DNA of 64,000 bases from an uncultured Alphaproteobacteria bacterium (GTDB taxonomy: Bacteria; Pseudomonadota; Alphaproteobacteria; Rs-D84). A program made the translations under genes and the position numbers. The stretch is taken from positions 92,713 to 156,712 of the forward strand of contig CANBCI010000003.1 of assembly GCA_947367055.1 (NCBI GenBank). The letters are read 5' to 3'. The notes under the pieces are model-generated. The model ran no database searches. It was given only the letters and a program-made list of their open reading frames with translations, and was not told the DNA's origin. Below, piece by piece: positions 33,616-44,388 of this stretch. The number at the start of each line of letters is the position of its first letter. Positions within the stretch are counted from its first letter, which is position 1.

Positions 33616-34854
33616 ATGATTAAAATACCCGAATTGCTGGCCCCGGCCGGAACATTGGACGCCTTCAAGACCGCGATTTTATACGGCGCAGACGCAATAT
33701 ATGCGGGCCTTCCCGGTTTTTCAATGCGGGCGCGTGCAAAAATCACCACCGAAGAGGTAAAGACCGGGATTGATTTGGCGCACGCGGCGGGTAAAAAAGT
33801 TTATTTGGCATTTAACTTGTTCGCACATGACCGTGATTATGCAAACATGGACCGCGTGCGGGACGCGATAAATTATCTGCGTCCGGACGCGCTGATTGTG
33901 TCCGACCCGGGTGTTGTCATGTGGGTACGCGAAAACCACCCCGACATGAAAATTCATATTTCAACCCAGGCCAACATTTGTTCGGCCCAATCGGTAAAAT
34001 TCTGGGCGGCCGCGGGGGCCAGCCTGTGCGTGCTTGCGCGTGAAGTATCGCATGATGAATTCAAGTCAATACGCGCCGCGTGCCCCGACATAGGGCTTGA
34101 AATATTTGTTCACGGCGCCATGTGCATGAGTTATTCGGGGCGTTGCCTGCTGTCTAACTTTATAACGGGGCGGCCTGCCAACCGGGGTGCATGCGCCCAA
34201 CTGTGCCGCTGGAAATACGATGTTATTTTGCGCGAACGGGAATCGGGGCTTGAAATGCCAATCGAAGAGGACGACCGCGGCGCATATATAATGAACGCCA
34301 AAGATTTATGCCTGATGCCGCGCCTGCTTGACGTTGTGACGGCGGGGCCTGATTCACTGAAAATAGAGGGACGCAACCGCAGCGAATATTATGTCGGCAG
34401 TGTTGTTCGCGCATACCGCGCCGCGCTTGACGCGATTGCAAAAAACCCCGAAAACTTTGACCCGGCGCCGTTTATGAATGACCTGAACATATTGGAAACA
34501 CGCGGGTATACGACTGCGTTTTTTGACGGGCCCGTCACACATGACGCACACGATTACGACACCACGCGCAGCACATCGGATTATCACGCGGCGGGCGTCG
34601 TCACCGGAACGCGAAACGGCGACATAATACTGGAACTGCGCAACGAAATACGCGCGGGCGACGAAATAACATTTTTATCACCAATCGCCGATAAAATAAC
34701 CGTAAAATTGCAAAACATAATAAACGCCGCAAACGGCACGGATATGCCCAAAATGTCCGCAGGTCAAGGAAACAGCCTGATTATCCCGGCCAAATGGCTG
34801 AACGGCGCCGCCGATAAATTACCCGAATACACATTGGCGTATAAGCATAAATAA
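33616..34854 (+). CDS. Peptidase U32 family protein
   Basis: PELLAPAGTLDAFKTAILYGADAIYAG, with U32-like sequence throughout. Confidence 0.85.
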   Translation: MIKIPELLAPAGTLDAFKTAILYGADAIYAGLPGFSMRARAKITTEEVKTGIDLAHAAGKKVYLAFNLFAHDRDYANMDRVRDAINYLRPDALIVSDPGVVMWVRENHPDMKIHISTQANICSAQSVKFWAAAGASLCVLAREVSHDEFKSIRAACPDIGLEIFVHGAMCMSYSGRCLLSNFITGRPANRGACAQLCRWKYDVILRERESGLEMPIEEDDRGAYIMNAKDLCLMPRLLDVVTAGPDSLKIEGRNRSEYYVGSVVRAYRAALDAIAKNPENFDPAPFMNDLNILETRGYTTAFFDGPVTHDAHDYDTTRSTSDYHAAGVVTGTRNGDIILELRNEIRAGDEITFLSPIADKITVKLQNIINAANGTDMPKMSAGQGNSLIIPAKWLNGAADKLPEYTLAYKHK

Positions 34855-34874
34855 CCTCCACCATGGGGGGCTTA

Positions 34875-35405
34875 TCATGCCGCGCGGCCATAATTTACCT
34901 TCTGATTTAACTGCATTATCATCATTTGCCGCATTTTTTGCTGGGCCATGGCATAATTGACATTTTTGTCAGCCGGCATTTCAGTCGCGCGATATTTGCC
35001 GATAACATTATTCAAAACTGCCATTGCAGAACCAACCTCCCTGTTTGCAAGTTGCGTCATTTTCACCAGCATTTTGGCCCCACATTCAATTTCTTTGTCA
35101 CGGTTTTGATTTGTCATCATAACCTTGGACCAACGGGTTTTGTGCGCCGCATGCACCTGGCGCAGATACATTACCGCCGGATTATTCGCATTTTTTGCCC
35201 CCAGCATTGCATCCACCTGTGCCATTGCGCGATGCCATGCCGCGCCCACGGTCCCGCCGCGCAACCAGTTGGCCAGCGCAAGTCCGAAATATAACTTGAA
35301 ATACGCGGCGGCCAAATTTTCTTTTTCCGCCTTGGTTAATTCAACTTCCTTTTTAGGGCATTCCCCCATAACAATGGCCATATTTTTTTGAAACGCATCA
35401 TTCAT
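34875..35405 (-). CDS. Hypothetical helical protein
   Basis: A long ORF with a clear start context. No family was recognised. Confidence 0.5.
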   Translation of the reverse strand: MNDAFQKNMAIVMGECPKKEVELTKAEKENLAAAYFKLYFGLALANWLRGGTVGAAWHRAMAQVDAMLGAKNANNPAVMYLRQVHAAHKTRWSKVMMTNQNRDKEIECGAKMLVKMTQLANREVGSAMAVLNNVIGKYRATEMPADKNVNYAMAQQKMRQMMIMQLNQKVNYGRAA

Positions 35406-35632
35406 TTTGGCCTCCTTTTATCAACTTCGTTATATATATAGGTCCGTGGGCGTACTCTTTCAAGTCCGATATGTCAAGATAAAAGTTTTTTTGACTTTAT
35501 TCCCAGCCAGTGTCATTATATGCGGGTTCGTATCACAAAAACATACTGTTGCCAATAATGGGCGGTGTGGATACGGGCCCCGGTCTTGCCAATAATGGGG
35601 GCCGTGGAATTTCATCTAACACAAGGAGTTAA

Positions 35633-36739
35633 ATGATGAAAAAATCTTTGAAACTGGCGGTGGCGGCATCTGTGCTGGCGTCGCCTGCAATGGCGGCACA
35701 GACAACACTTTCCAATATGGAAAACCCGTTGTACATGCCGACACAAAAAACATTTTATTCGAAATTATCAAACGGCATTATGCTAAAGGTTGCGGATTCA
35801 TCCGACGCGCATAAGGCAAAAAATCACGACGGCAAGGTTGAATTCCCGATTATCCGTATTCAGGAAGAAATGGGATACGGCATAACAGACCGCTGGGCGG
35901 CACACTTTTCCGTGCAATACACGCACGACGACGACATCAGCCGCACAGGCTTGTCTGCAGGCCGCATTGGAACGACATACCGCCTGCTGAACCAGTATAA
36001 CGGCTTTGTCTGGGATTTGTATGGCGACTTGCACCTGGGGGGCATTGGTGAAATGCGCGGTCAGTATAATGTAAAAATGGACCGTCAAGCATTACTTGGC
36101 AATATGTCCGGTGTAACTGGAATATTTGATTATGACAATTATTCCAATGGTATGTGGGGTTTCCATGTTGGAACCAGATTTGGTCGTGTTTGGAATGAAA
36201 GATTAACCACCAGCGCATTTGTTGAAGTACTGCGCACATTTGGCGACGATAATAATACAATCCGTATTGTTGGTGACAACACCCCATTAAGCACATTAAC
36301 ATTACCAAACGGGCAAACAGGCATACTCTCCACAGCGACACTGTTGGCCGCCATGGGGGCACCAAACCAAGTTTCTGTCGATTTGAAATCCACAACAGAA
36401 GTTAATGCCGGATTAAATGCGTTCTATCAGTGGTCCGACCGTTGGTCAACTGGCGCATGGTTCCGCTATAATCACCATGCTTCTCAGGGTGTGGAAAAAA
36501 TCACAACAAATCTAAATGCAAATCTTAAGCCTTTGGCAACTTTGTTGGAACAGAAACTGGCCGATATGGAAGACGGGTTTGATGAATACATCATCGGTCT
36601 GTCGGCGGCATATCAGTTCACTGATCATGCCCAGGTTGCGCTGTATGGCGAATACACATTCGACACCGCCGAGAAAAAATCCCAAAACGGCACCGATGTT
36701 AAGGCCGAAATGGGCGTTCGCGTGAACTTTAGATTCTAA
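35633..36739 (+). CDS. Outer-membrane beta-barrel protein
   Basis: It has a signal peptide and alternating beta-strand pattern, and ends with the aromatic residues ...VRVNFRF. Confidence 0.65.
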   Translation: MMKKSLKLAVAASVLASPAMAAQTTLSNMENPLYMPTQKTFYSKLSNGIMLKVADSSDAHKAKNHDGKVEFPIIRIQEEMGYGITDRWAAHFSVQYTHDDDISRTGLSAGRIGTTYRLLNQYNGFVWDLYGDLHLGGIGEMRGQYNVKMDRQALLGNMSGVTGIFDYDNYSNGMWGFHVGTRFGRVWNERLTTSAFVEVLRTFGDDNNTIRIVGDNTPLSTLTLPNGQTGILSTATLLAAMGAPNQVSVDLKSTTEVNAGLNAFYQWSDRWSTGAWFRYNHHASQGVEKITTNLNANLKPLATLLEQKLADMEDGFDEYIIGLSAAYQFTDHAQVALYGEYTFDTAEKKSQNGTDVKAEMGVRVNFRF

Positions 36740-36775
36740 AAAACACGCAAAACAACAAACATATATTGGACACTT

Positions 36776-36799
36776 AACCCGCCACCCGGCGGGTTTTTT
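36776..36799 (+). terminator. Intrinsic terminator
   Basis: AACCCGCC-ACCC-GGCGGGTT followed by a T-run. Confidence 0.7.
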
Positions 36800-36869
36800 G
36801 TGTGCAAAAATGCTTTGCGCACCACCCCATATCATGATATAATAAAAACAATAGAATAATGGGAAAGGT

Positions 36870-37970
36870 ATGAAAAGGTTCAATATTTGCGCCATATTGG
36901 CGGGAATTGTCATTGTGGCATCGCACGCGGCGAACGCCGCATATCCCGCCGCCCAGGCGGTCACGGTCAACGGCCAGCAGGTTTACCTGCCGTCCAGCAA
37001 CAGCCGCGTTGTCGGCACACGCATGCCGACGCAATCGGTCACAACACCGGCCGCCGCCGCACCGACACGCATAACGGGTTCGCTACCGCGGGTGGGTTCA
37101 ACCGCAACCGCTGCCGGCCGCCAGTATTATCAGCCGGCGGACTATGACCGCTTGGCCGACAGTGGCTTGTACGTCGGACTGTCCGCCGGATATTCGGCCA
37201 GTGTTATGGGCTCTATGCGGGCGGATTACACCGGCGAAACCGACGCTGCGTTTGTTCCGGGTGCCTTTAAGGATGCGGATTTCAAGACCGATACCGTTAT
37301 CCCATTGCAACTTTCCGTCGGCGCGTCAATAAACAATGACATTCGCGTGGACTTTTCATACCTGCGCTATTCAAACATATCGTACCCAAACACCATTGAA
37401 TCATCAAACGGCAGTGGCGGTTATGTCCAGGCCCAGGTTGACGGCGGCGCCGTAACCGCGAATGCGACCATGCTGAACATATATTACAACATTGATTCAT
37501 ACACCGGGTATTTGGCGGGCGGTTCCCTGCGGCCGTATATTGGTGCGGGCGTCGGTCTGTCACTAAACACGATTGCCGATTATGTGGCATATGACAACAC
37601 GTTTTATGAAATCGCACCGACGGATTCTAACGGCAACGTTATCGCCGACGCCGGTAAAATAAGCGGCGTTTCCGATGTATACGCATATCACAACGGCGGC
37701 ACAACGGAACAATTGGCCTTTATGCTGGAAGGGGGGCTGACCACCGAAATGGACGGCGGAATAAAACTTGATTTCTTTGTCAGATACGCAAACCTGGGGC
37801 GCGTCAAGACATCGGGCAGTATTGTCGTATCCCAAACCGAATGGCTGGCCGACGGTGCCGGTGGCGAGTATGAGGCACCATATGACAGCGTATTTCACTA
37901 TACAAACTGGTATGAAAGCGGCCGCTTAAGCATGGTTGACGTCGGCGTCAGATTAAGACTGCAGTTCTAA
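36870..37970 (+). CDS. Outer-membrane beta-barrel (porin-family) protein
   Basis: It has a signal peptide and ends ...VRLRLQF. Confidence 0.7.
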   Translation: MKRFNICAILAGIVIVASHAANAAYPAAQAVTVNGQQVYLPSSNSRVVGTRMPTQSVTTPAAAAPTRITGSLPRVGSTATAAGRQYYQPADYDRLADSGLYVGLSAGYSASVMGSMRADYTGETDAAFVPGAFKDADFKTDTVIPLQLSVGASINNDIRVDFSYLRYSNISYPNTIESSNGSGGYVQAQVDGGAVTANATMLNIYYNIDSYTGYLAGGSLRPYIGAGVGLSLNTIADYVAYDNTFYEIAPTDSNGNVIADAGKISGVSDVYAYHNGGTTEQLAFMLEGGLTTEMDGGIKLDFFVRYANLGRVKTSGSIVVSQTEWLADGAGGEYEAPYDSVFHYTNWYESGRLSMVDVGVRLRLQF

Positions 37971-38010
37971 ACATACCGCACGCATAATGCATTGGGGACA
38001 CGGAGAGAGA

Positions 38011-39741
38011 ATGAAACACCAAACATCATTTGCATGCTATTCCCTGTTTTTAGGGCTGCTGGGGGCGGCGACGGTGCCGCATGACGGCATGGCCGTTATA
38101 CGTGTCGCGAACCAGGCACCCCGCAATTATGCCGATGCATATTATCAATTGAACATGGCGCAAAACGCCGCCCAGGTCACCGACCCGTATGCCGGCGTCA
38201 CAACCACCTCCGCGGCCAAGGCGACATTGCAATTACCGGTTCGCGTGGCCAATGCGGGCTTGGCGGAAAAACTGGCGCGCGGCGAACAATCTGACAATGT
38301 GACGATACCGCGCCTGGAATCATGCGCAAACATTTATCCAAACGGCGAATTTGCATGGGACACACCCACGGCTGGCCGCGGCACGGGCGGCGCCCAAACA
38401 TGCGTTGCGGTTGTTGAAATGCGCGGCTATCAAATGGGCCCGGGCGGCACGGATTTGGTGTTGGCGCGTGCAAATGTCGCGGCGGGCGATGCGGTAAAAT
38501 GCAACATTTCCGAATTTCCGGAATCTGGGTACACGAACGATGTCGGCAATGTCGTTTTTCCCGCGGACGCGGAACCCACAACCGATGACGTAATTCGTGT
38601 TTTGAACGAAGAACAAAAGAAAGGCGCCGGATACAAAATCGCGGCGACAACAATTGTCGGTGCATTGGGCGGCAACATCGCCGGCGGGAACGAGGTCGGC
38701 GAAGACGGCCTGATGGGCACCGGCAAAAAGAAAATGAAGGGCACGCTTATCGGGGCCCTGGGCGGTGCGGCGATTGGTGCGGGCAACGCATATTCGGGCA
38801 AGGTTGCCGGCGACATGATTTTATCAACCGGTGTTAATGCCGCGGCGGGCAGTGCAGTCGGCAACATAATGGCCAGCGGCCAAGATGTCCTGCGCATTGA
38901 AGATTGTGAATTACCCGACAAGCAAAAGACAACATGCTTGTGGGGTATGCTGGTTTCAAAAAAGCCGCTAAATTTATCTGCCGCAACCCAACCGGAATAC
39001 AAGGCCGCATTTTACAATATTGAAACAGAAGAAACGATTGTCTGCAACGGGACACCCAACGAGAGTGGCGAATATACCGGTTGCACGCCGACGGATTTAA
39101 TATCAATAACCCTGGACGCATACCCGGACAAGGATTTGGAGGCCGCACACGGCGAAGGTTTCAATAAAATCATCGGCCCGAACAGCGGCGCAAACCAATT
39201 CCATATTGAAAAGGGCCAAACCGGCACCAAGATTATTCAGGGCAGTCCATACGACGGCACCGGCATTTATGCAAAAATATCCGACGCCGGTATTCCCGAC
39301 AAGCAGACCCAGGCACTGATTGCGAACTTTTCCGACAAAGCGTTCGGCATGAAAAAATCCGATTGGTCGGATTGGAAAAGGAAAAACGCCACCAGTGCGC
39401 AAAACCGGATTTACGGCCGCAACAACAACGGCAACGCATTTGAATTGGACGGGACTTATTCTATCCAGGATTTTTACCCGATGTACAAAAGCGCATCCGA
39501 CGGCGGCATAATTGATTTCGGAAACAAGGCACGCTTAAAGGGTACACTTATCGGTGCGGGCGCGGGCGGCGCAATGGGCGCATTCACCGCATACCAGGGC
39601 GCACAAAATGATATAGAGGAACGTTGGGTTGCGGCCGTGCGCGAGTACAAGGATTCATTACAGAAAATATACTGCATAACGGGATCACGATTCCTGACCT
39701 ACTACAATGACACAGTAATAATCCCGAACGAAAATCAGTAA
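38011..39741 (+). CDS. Secreted protein with glycine-zipper segments
   Basis: It has a signal peptide and three GxxxG-rich stretches (GALGGNIAGG, GALGGAAIGAG, GAGAGGAMGAF). Confidence 0.6.
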   Translation: MKHQTSFACYSLFLGLLGAATVPHDGMAVIRVANQAPRNYADAYYQLNMAQNAAQVTDPYAGVTTTSAAKATLQLPVRVANAGLAEKLARGEQSDNVTIPRLESCANIYPNGEFAWDTPTAGRGTGGAQTCVAVVEMRGYQMGPGGTDLVLARANVAAGDAVKCNISEFPESGYTNDVGNVVFPADAEPTTDDVIRVLNEEQKKGAGYKIAATTIVGALGGNIAGGNEVGEDGLMGTGKKKMKGTLIGALGGAAIGAGNAYSGKVAGDMILSTGVNAAAGSAVGNIMASGQDVLRIEDCELPDKQKTTCLWGMLVSKKPLNLSAATQPEYKAAFYNIETEETIVCNGTPNESGEYTGCTPTDLISITLDAYPDKDLEAAHGEGFNKIIGPNSGANQFHIEKGQTGTKIIQGSPYDGTGIYAKISDAGIPDKQTQALIANFSDKAFGMKKSDWSDWKRKNATSAQNRIYGRNNNGNAFELDGTYSIQDFYPMYKSASDGGIIDFGNKARLKGTLIGAGAGGAMGAFTAYQGAQNDIEERWVAAVREYKDSLQKIYCITGSRFLTYYNDTVIIPNENQ

Positions 39742-39745
39742 AAGC

Positions 39746-39772
39746 GCGCCCCGGTTATCCGGGGCGTTTTTT
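39746..39772. terminator. Bidirectional intrinsic terminator
   Basis: GCGCCCCGG-TTAT-CCGGGGCG flanked by A and T runs. Confidence 0.7.
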
Positions 39773-39773
39773 A

Positions 39774-40598
39774 TTAGGCGATTTTTTTATCTTTTAACTG
39801 CATGTATTTGTCCGACACAATATCATGCAGTGCCGCCGCAATTTGCTTTCGGTCCATACCGTGCAAATCGGGCGCCGGCAGAACCGTTATTTCAACCATA
39901 AATCCGCCGATAACCATGATGTGAAATATCTGCATAAACGCACTGCGTTCGCGCGAACATAGCGGCCCGGTCTCCATATCACGATTGTTAAAGTATCCGT
40001 AATGCTCGGCCAAATCCTCATCGCTTATTGGGGCCCCGTTGCGAAACCGATAGTGCATGGCCATGGGCTGAACCATGACATCGGAATTTTCCACAAAGTT
40101 AAACAGTGAACTTTTGAATTTCTTTACATACGCGCCGTTGGTGGTTGTGCCCTCGGGGAATATATACATCGGGTACTTTACCCGCGTCACCGTTTCGGAA
40201 ACCGTTTTTAATGCCTCGGCCGCATGCGACGGACGGCGATCGACAAATATCACACCGAACTTTTTCGCAACCCATCCGACAACCGGCCATGATTCAACTT
40301 CCTTTTTTGCGACAAAACTGCCGCCGAACGCAATCGGGTATGTCGCAATTTCAAACAGCGATATGTGGTTTGACACCACCAACAACGGCCGGTGCACCGG
40401 CAAAGTCCCGTGAACCTTTATCTTTATCCCGGATAAAAACACCAAAAACCACATAAACACGCGCATATATCGCACGCCTGCGCGCCGCGGCAGCAGCATA
40501 ATTATCGGCAATTGCAAAATTACGACAATCCAAAACATCGCGAACCGCACCGCGGCCCATGTGGTATTAAAAATATTTTGCCGGCGAACATGTGACAT
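39774..40598 (-). CDS. olsA: Lyso-lipid acyltransferase (PlsC family; OlsA-like by context)
   Basis: It has the VSNHISLFE (NHxxxxD-type) and FPEGTT motifs and lies downstream of the olsB-like gene. Confidence 0.7.
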   Translation of the reverse strand: MSHVRRQNIFNTTWAAVRFAMFWIVVILQLPIIMLLPRRAGVRYMRVFMWFLVFLSGIKIKVHGTLPVHRPLLVVSNHISLFEIATYPIAFGGSFVAKKEVESWPVVGWVAKKFGVIFVDRRPSHAAEALKTVSETVTRVKYPMYIFPEGTTTNGAYVKKFKSSLFNFVENSDVMVQPMAMHYRFRNGAPISDEDLAEHYGYFNNRDMETGPLCSRERSAFMQIFHIMVIGGFMVEITVLPAPDLHGMDRKQIAAALHDIVSDKYMQLKDKKIA

Positions 40599-40602
40599 GG
40601 GT

Positions 40603-41568
40603 TTATTCCTCTGTATCTGTGGCGGCGGATTCTTCCTCTATCAACTCGGCCTCGACCGCGTCTTCACGCAACAGGAATTCAACAAACGCGCGCATTACTT
40701 TTAACGGGCCCGTCACCGGGAACATCGCAATTTTTCCAATGGTCTTTATCGCGCCGTCGGCGTTTCCGTCCTCTAAATCATCCAATGCGTTTTCGCGCCC
40801 CAGGAAATGCTTCTGATATGCCCTGTCAATATTCTTGGTGCGCAGCATTACAAACACATCGTATGAATTGAACGGCGCGTCAATAAACACCCCTTTGCCG
40901 AATGTGGCGCCCAACCGCAGATAACCCTTAATCAGCGGTGTCATTTCACGCACGGCGGCGTCTTGGTCGACAAAAACCTCTGGCAAAATGTTCATGCGCG
41001 ACAATTTCGGATTTATGCCATCCGCAAAGTTTTCGGACAATACCGTCGCACGCAAATTCAGCGGTGACAAATGATTGTAGTACAAATATGAAATCGCCTG
41101 GGCCGATGCGGCGGGCTTGGAACCGACCCACGACGCAACCCCGAACAGCACGCCGATTTTACGACGCACCACATATTCGCCCAGCCCCGCCCACAGCATG
41201 CGCATCACCAGTGCGTTTTCACGATATTCGGCGGCAACGCATGCGCGCGACATTTCGGCAATGTTGCCCTTGTACTTTTTAATCTTGGAAATATTGTATT
41301 CGGTTTCGGTGTAAAATCCGCCCATTTTTTCGGCCGCCGCCCGGTCAATAATCCGATATGTTCCAACGATTTTTCCGTTGTGAAACACCGCCATATATTC
41401 GGCAAAGCGGTCATACGCATCATATTCCTCGCGCAGGCTTTTCTGCTCTTCGGTGGCGCCGGCGCCCTCTTCCTCGACAAAAACTTCATAGCGCAGTGCG
41501 CGGACCTGTCTGCGTTCTTCTTTGTTTCGGGTAAGTCTTACTTCAAAATCACGAACCTTGATAGCCAT
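40603..41568 (-). CDS. olsB: Ornithine-lipid N-acyltransferase (OlsB-like GNAT/hemolysin family)
   Basis: VRLTRNKEERRQVRALRYEVFVEEEGA...YDAYDRF. Confidence 0.75.
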   Translation of the reverse strand: MAIKVRDFEVRLTRNKEERRQVRALRYEVFVEEEGAGATEEQKSLREEYDAYDRFAEYMAVFHNGKIVGTYRIIDRAAAEKMGGFYTETEYNISKIKKYKGNIAEMSRACVAAEYRENALVMRMLWAGLGEYVVRRKIGVLFGVASWVGSKPAASAQAISYLYYNHLSPLNLRATVLSENFADGINPKLSRMNILPEVFVDQDAAVREMTPLIKGYLRLGATFGKGVFIDAPFNSYDVFVMLRTKNIDRAYQKHFLGRENALDDLEDGNADGAIKTIGKIAMFPVTGPLKVMRAFVEFLLREDAVEAELIEEESAATDTEE

Positions 41569-41635
41569 AAATAAATCCTTTGTGTATTCATATACACAAA
41601 AATGGTATCAAACAAGGCGTCGATTAGCAATTGTT

Positions 41636-42760
41636 TTATTTTAATTTTTCGGCCAGTTCGCCAATCGCAATTGCATACCAATTTGAACTGTTCCATTTCT
41701 TGATTCGATAAAAATTTGGATATGTCAGGTACGCCGTTATCGCCGGCATCGGTTGAATATCAGTATCGGCAATATACGCATCACCATACTGCGCGGCGGG
41801 GTCTTGCGCGATGTTTGCTGATGCGGCCGCCGCGGCGGCGTGGCGCGCATCATATTCGGCGCGCGCGGCGTTGATTGAATTTACATCCGCGACCAATCCC
41901 GCGGTCATTTCCGATGCGGGTATATTCGTACCGTCCGGGTTTGTGACGCCCATCGCCGCCCATTCAATCAATGTCTTTTTCGTATCACCGTTCAGCAGGG
42001 ACACATCAAAATCCGCCGGCAACACAACACGTCGCACAATGCGTTCATTCTTGTTCCAGCCCAGTTTATTCAGGTAATTTCCCGCGCTGTGCATTGCGTC
42101 GCCGACACTGCCTATAATGTCGACACGACCGTCGCCGTTCCCGTCAACCCCATACTGCGCCAATGTTGTCGGAATAAACTGAAAATGTCCCATGGCGCCG
42201 GCCCAACTGCCGTGAATATCGTTTATATCCAGTTTGTTTTTATCCGCAATTTTCATCAGCGCCAACAATTGATTGCCAAAGAATGTTTCACGCCGACCGT
42301 CGTACATTAGCGTCAAAAACGCATCGGTCAGTTTATGCCGCGACTTTAACGCGCCATAGTTTGATTCCATTCCCCAAAATGCGAGTATCACATGCGGCGG
42401 CACACCGTATTTGGATTCAACGCGATGCAGCATTGTCGGATATGTCGTGCGCATTTTTTTACCGTTCGCAATGCGCGCGTCATTGACCGTCCGCCCCAGA
42501 TATTCATCCAGCGTCAGTTTGAACTCGGACTGATTTGCATCGCTTTTTGCAATTGCGGGAATAAAGGCGGGATACTTTAATGTGGCGTCAATCGTCGCGC
42601 GCGATATGTTCTGGGCCGCGGCGCGCGTGCGAACATTTGACAATATCTCGTCCCAGCGGTTCAGGTCAAATTCACCGCGGTCCGCGAACGCACACAGCGG
42701 CACAGTACAGAGCAACATGGCGACACGCGCCAGTGATAAAATCTTACACGACATAATCAC
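41636..42760 (-). CDS. Lytic murein transglycosylase (MltB family)
   Basis: ILAFWGMESNYG, GAMGHFQFIPTT, GDGRVD. Confidence 0.85.
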   Translation of the reverse strand: MIMSCKILSLARVAMLLCTVPLCAFADRGEFDLNRWDEILSNVRTRAAAQNISRATIDATLKYPAFIPAIAKSDANQSEFKLTLDEYLGRTVNDARIANGKKMRTTYPTMLHRVESKYGVPPHVILAFWGMESNYGALKSRHKLTDAFLTLMYDGRRETFFGNQLLALMKIADKNKLDINDIHGSWAGAMGHFQFIPTTLAQYGVDGNGDGRVDIIGSVGDAMHSAGNYLNKLGWNKNERIVRRVVLPADFDVSLLNGDTKKTLIEWAAMGVTNPDGTNIPASEMTAGLVADVNSINAARAEYDARHAAAAAASANIAQDPAAQYGDAYIADTDIQPMPAITAYLTYPNFYRIKKWNSSNWYAIAIGELAEKLK

Positions 42761-42785
42761 ACCTTAATTTATTTTTATCAAAGCG

Positions 42786-44330
42786 TTAAAACGCGTACTT
42801 CAATCCCAGATGCAACCCAAACGATTGCCATGTCGCGCGCTTTAGGGAATCGGTCACATCCTCGGTATGGGCGGGGGTGACAACCCATTTTGGCAACTGA
42901 ACGACCGTGCCATTTTCCAGTGTCACTTCTTCCAAAACATACTGGCCGTTTTCATCCAGCAAAAATTCGCCATATTCCGCGATATACAGTTTTCCGCCGA
43001 TTTTCCCGACATGAAATACATCCATGTCAACCTTTAGCGCCAATTGCAGCCGGTTTGACAGTCTGTAATTATACTCCATTTCCGCCCGATATGAATAGGA
43101 ACCGTTGCTGCCTTCGTCCAGGAAACTCGGGTTCTGTTGCCAATCGTCGCGATTGGGCCATATACCCTCTGACGAATATTTGGGCAATCCGAACTGGACA
43201 TAAAAACGCAACTTATCGGACAGTGTCATTTGCTTTTCAATTTCCAGCCCGATATAAAAACCGCTCCATGTCGTGTTATAAATGTGCGTTGTGCCGGAAA
43301 CAATGCTGGGGCCGTCACCGCCGATAATAACGCAATCACCGGGCCCAACACCCCAAGGAACATACGGATCCACCGGATTTACGCCCGGCTTATAATCGCC
43401 GGTCACCAAATCATCACCCAACTGGAAAAATCCGTTGCCCAATGCGGTGCCCGTATTTTGAACCAACTTGATGTCTTCGGGCGACATGCAGACTTGGTAC
43501 CAGCCCTCCGGCGGGGTGACATTTGTATCCCCGGCGAAATAATTACCCGCCTCGTCCCCATAGACATACTTTCCATCACTGGTCATCAACGGCAGATATA
43601 TGCCGGGATTAGGATAGTAATGGTCGGACATTTTCAAGTCATGCTTGAATATTTCATACCCGATTGACGGTGACAATTTCCACCCGCCAATATCCCAGAC
43701 ATGATGCGCGCCGAACCCGATGCGCAAATGATTGGTTTTACCGCTTTCATCACCCATGGAAATGGTAAATATGCCGTATTCCGGCTGCGCCTCGTCAAAC
43801 GGTTTCAAGTCATAGTCCATGGACAGACCGCCGTGCGACATCTGGCCATAAGCATAGTCCGCATACGCAAACATGTCGAAATTGCGCAGGCTGAAATTAT
43901 GGCGCGCGCCGACATTGATTTCATTGAATATCATGTCGTCCCATTCCAAAATGGAATTAACGCCCGTTTCAAATTCAAAATCGGCAAAGCGGCGTGAATA
44001 TCCCGCATAAACATGGGTGCCCTTTTCTGCATCGGCCGGCAATGCGATTCCGTTTGCGGTCATGGTGCCCGAAATGGTCGGTGCGGTTGCAACCGGCACC
44101 TGATATGAATACGTGCGGCTGCCAACAACCTGCTTGCTGCCGGATTGGCCGACATATTTGGTGTATCCCTGACTTTGATAGTCGGAATATGCCGCCTGGT
44201 TCACGGTTGTCGGGGCATTGCTTTTGTAATACGACGGGACACCTTCGCTGCTGGCGGCCAGGGCGGCAACAGGCGCGAAAATCCCGCTAAAAAATGAAAC
44301 TAATTTTCCTTTCATACCTAATACTTTCAC
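42786..44330 (-). CDS. Large outer-membrane beta-barrel protein
   Basis: It has a signal peptide and ends ...GLKYAF. Confidence 0.6.
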   Translation of the reverse strand: MKVLGMKGKLVSFFSGIFAPVAALAASSEGVPSYYKSNAPTTVNQAAYSDYQSQGYTKYVGQSGSKQVVGSRTYSYQVPVATAPTISGTMTANGIALPADAEKGTHVYAGYSRRFADFEFETGVNSILEWDDMIFNEINVGARHNFSLRNFDMFAYADYAYGQMSHGGLSMDYDLKPFDEAQPEYGIFTISMGDESGKTNHLRIGFGAHHVWDIGGWKLSPSIGYEIFKHDLKMSDHYYPNPGIYLPLMTSDGKYVYGDEAGNYFAGDTNVTPPEGWYQVCMSPEDIKLVQNTGTALGNGFFQLGDDLVTGDYKPGVNPVDPYVPWGVGPGDCVIIGGDGPSIVSGTTHIYNTTWSGFYIGLEIEKQMTLSDKLRFYVQFGLPKYSSEGIWPNRDDWQQNPSFLDEGSNGSYSYRAEMEYNYRLSNRLQLALKVDMDVFHVGKIGGKLYIAEYGEFLLDENGQYVLEEVTLENGTVVQLPKWVVTPAHTEDVTDSLKRATWQSFGLHLGLKYAF

Positions 44331-44388
44331 ATCATTATATCATATAAATAAACCTTGCGCCAATAAAAAACAGCGATACAATACCCGC

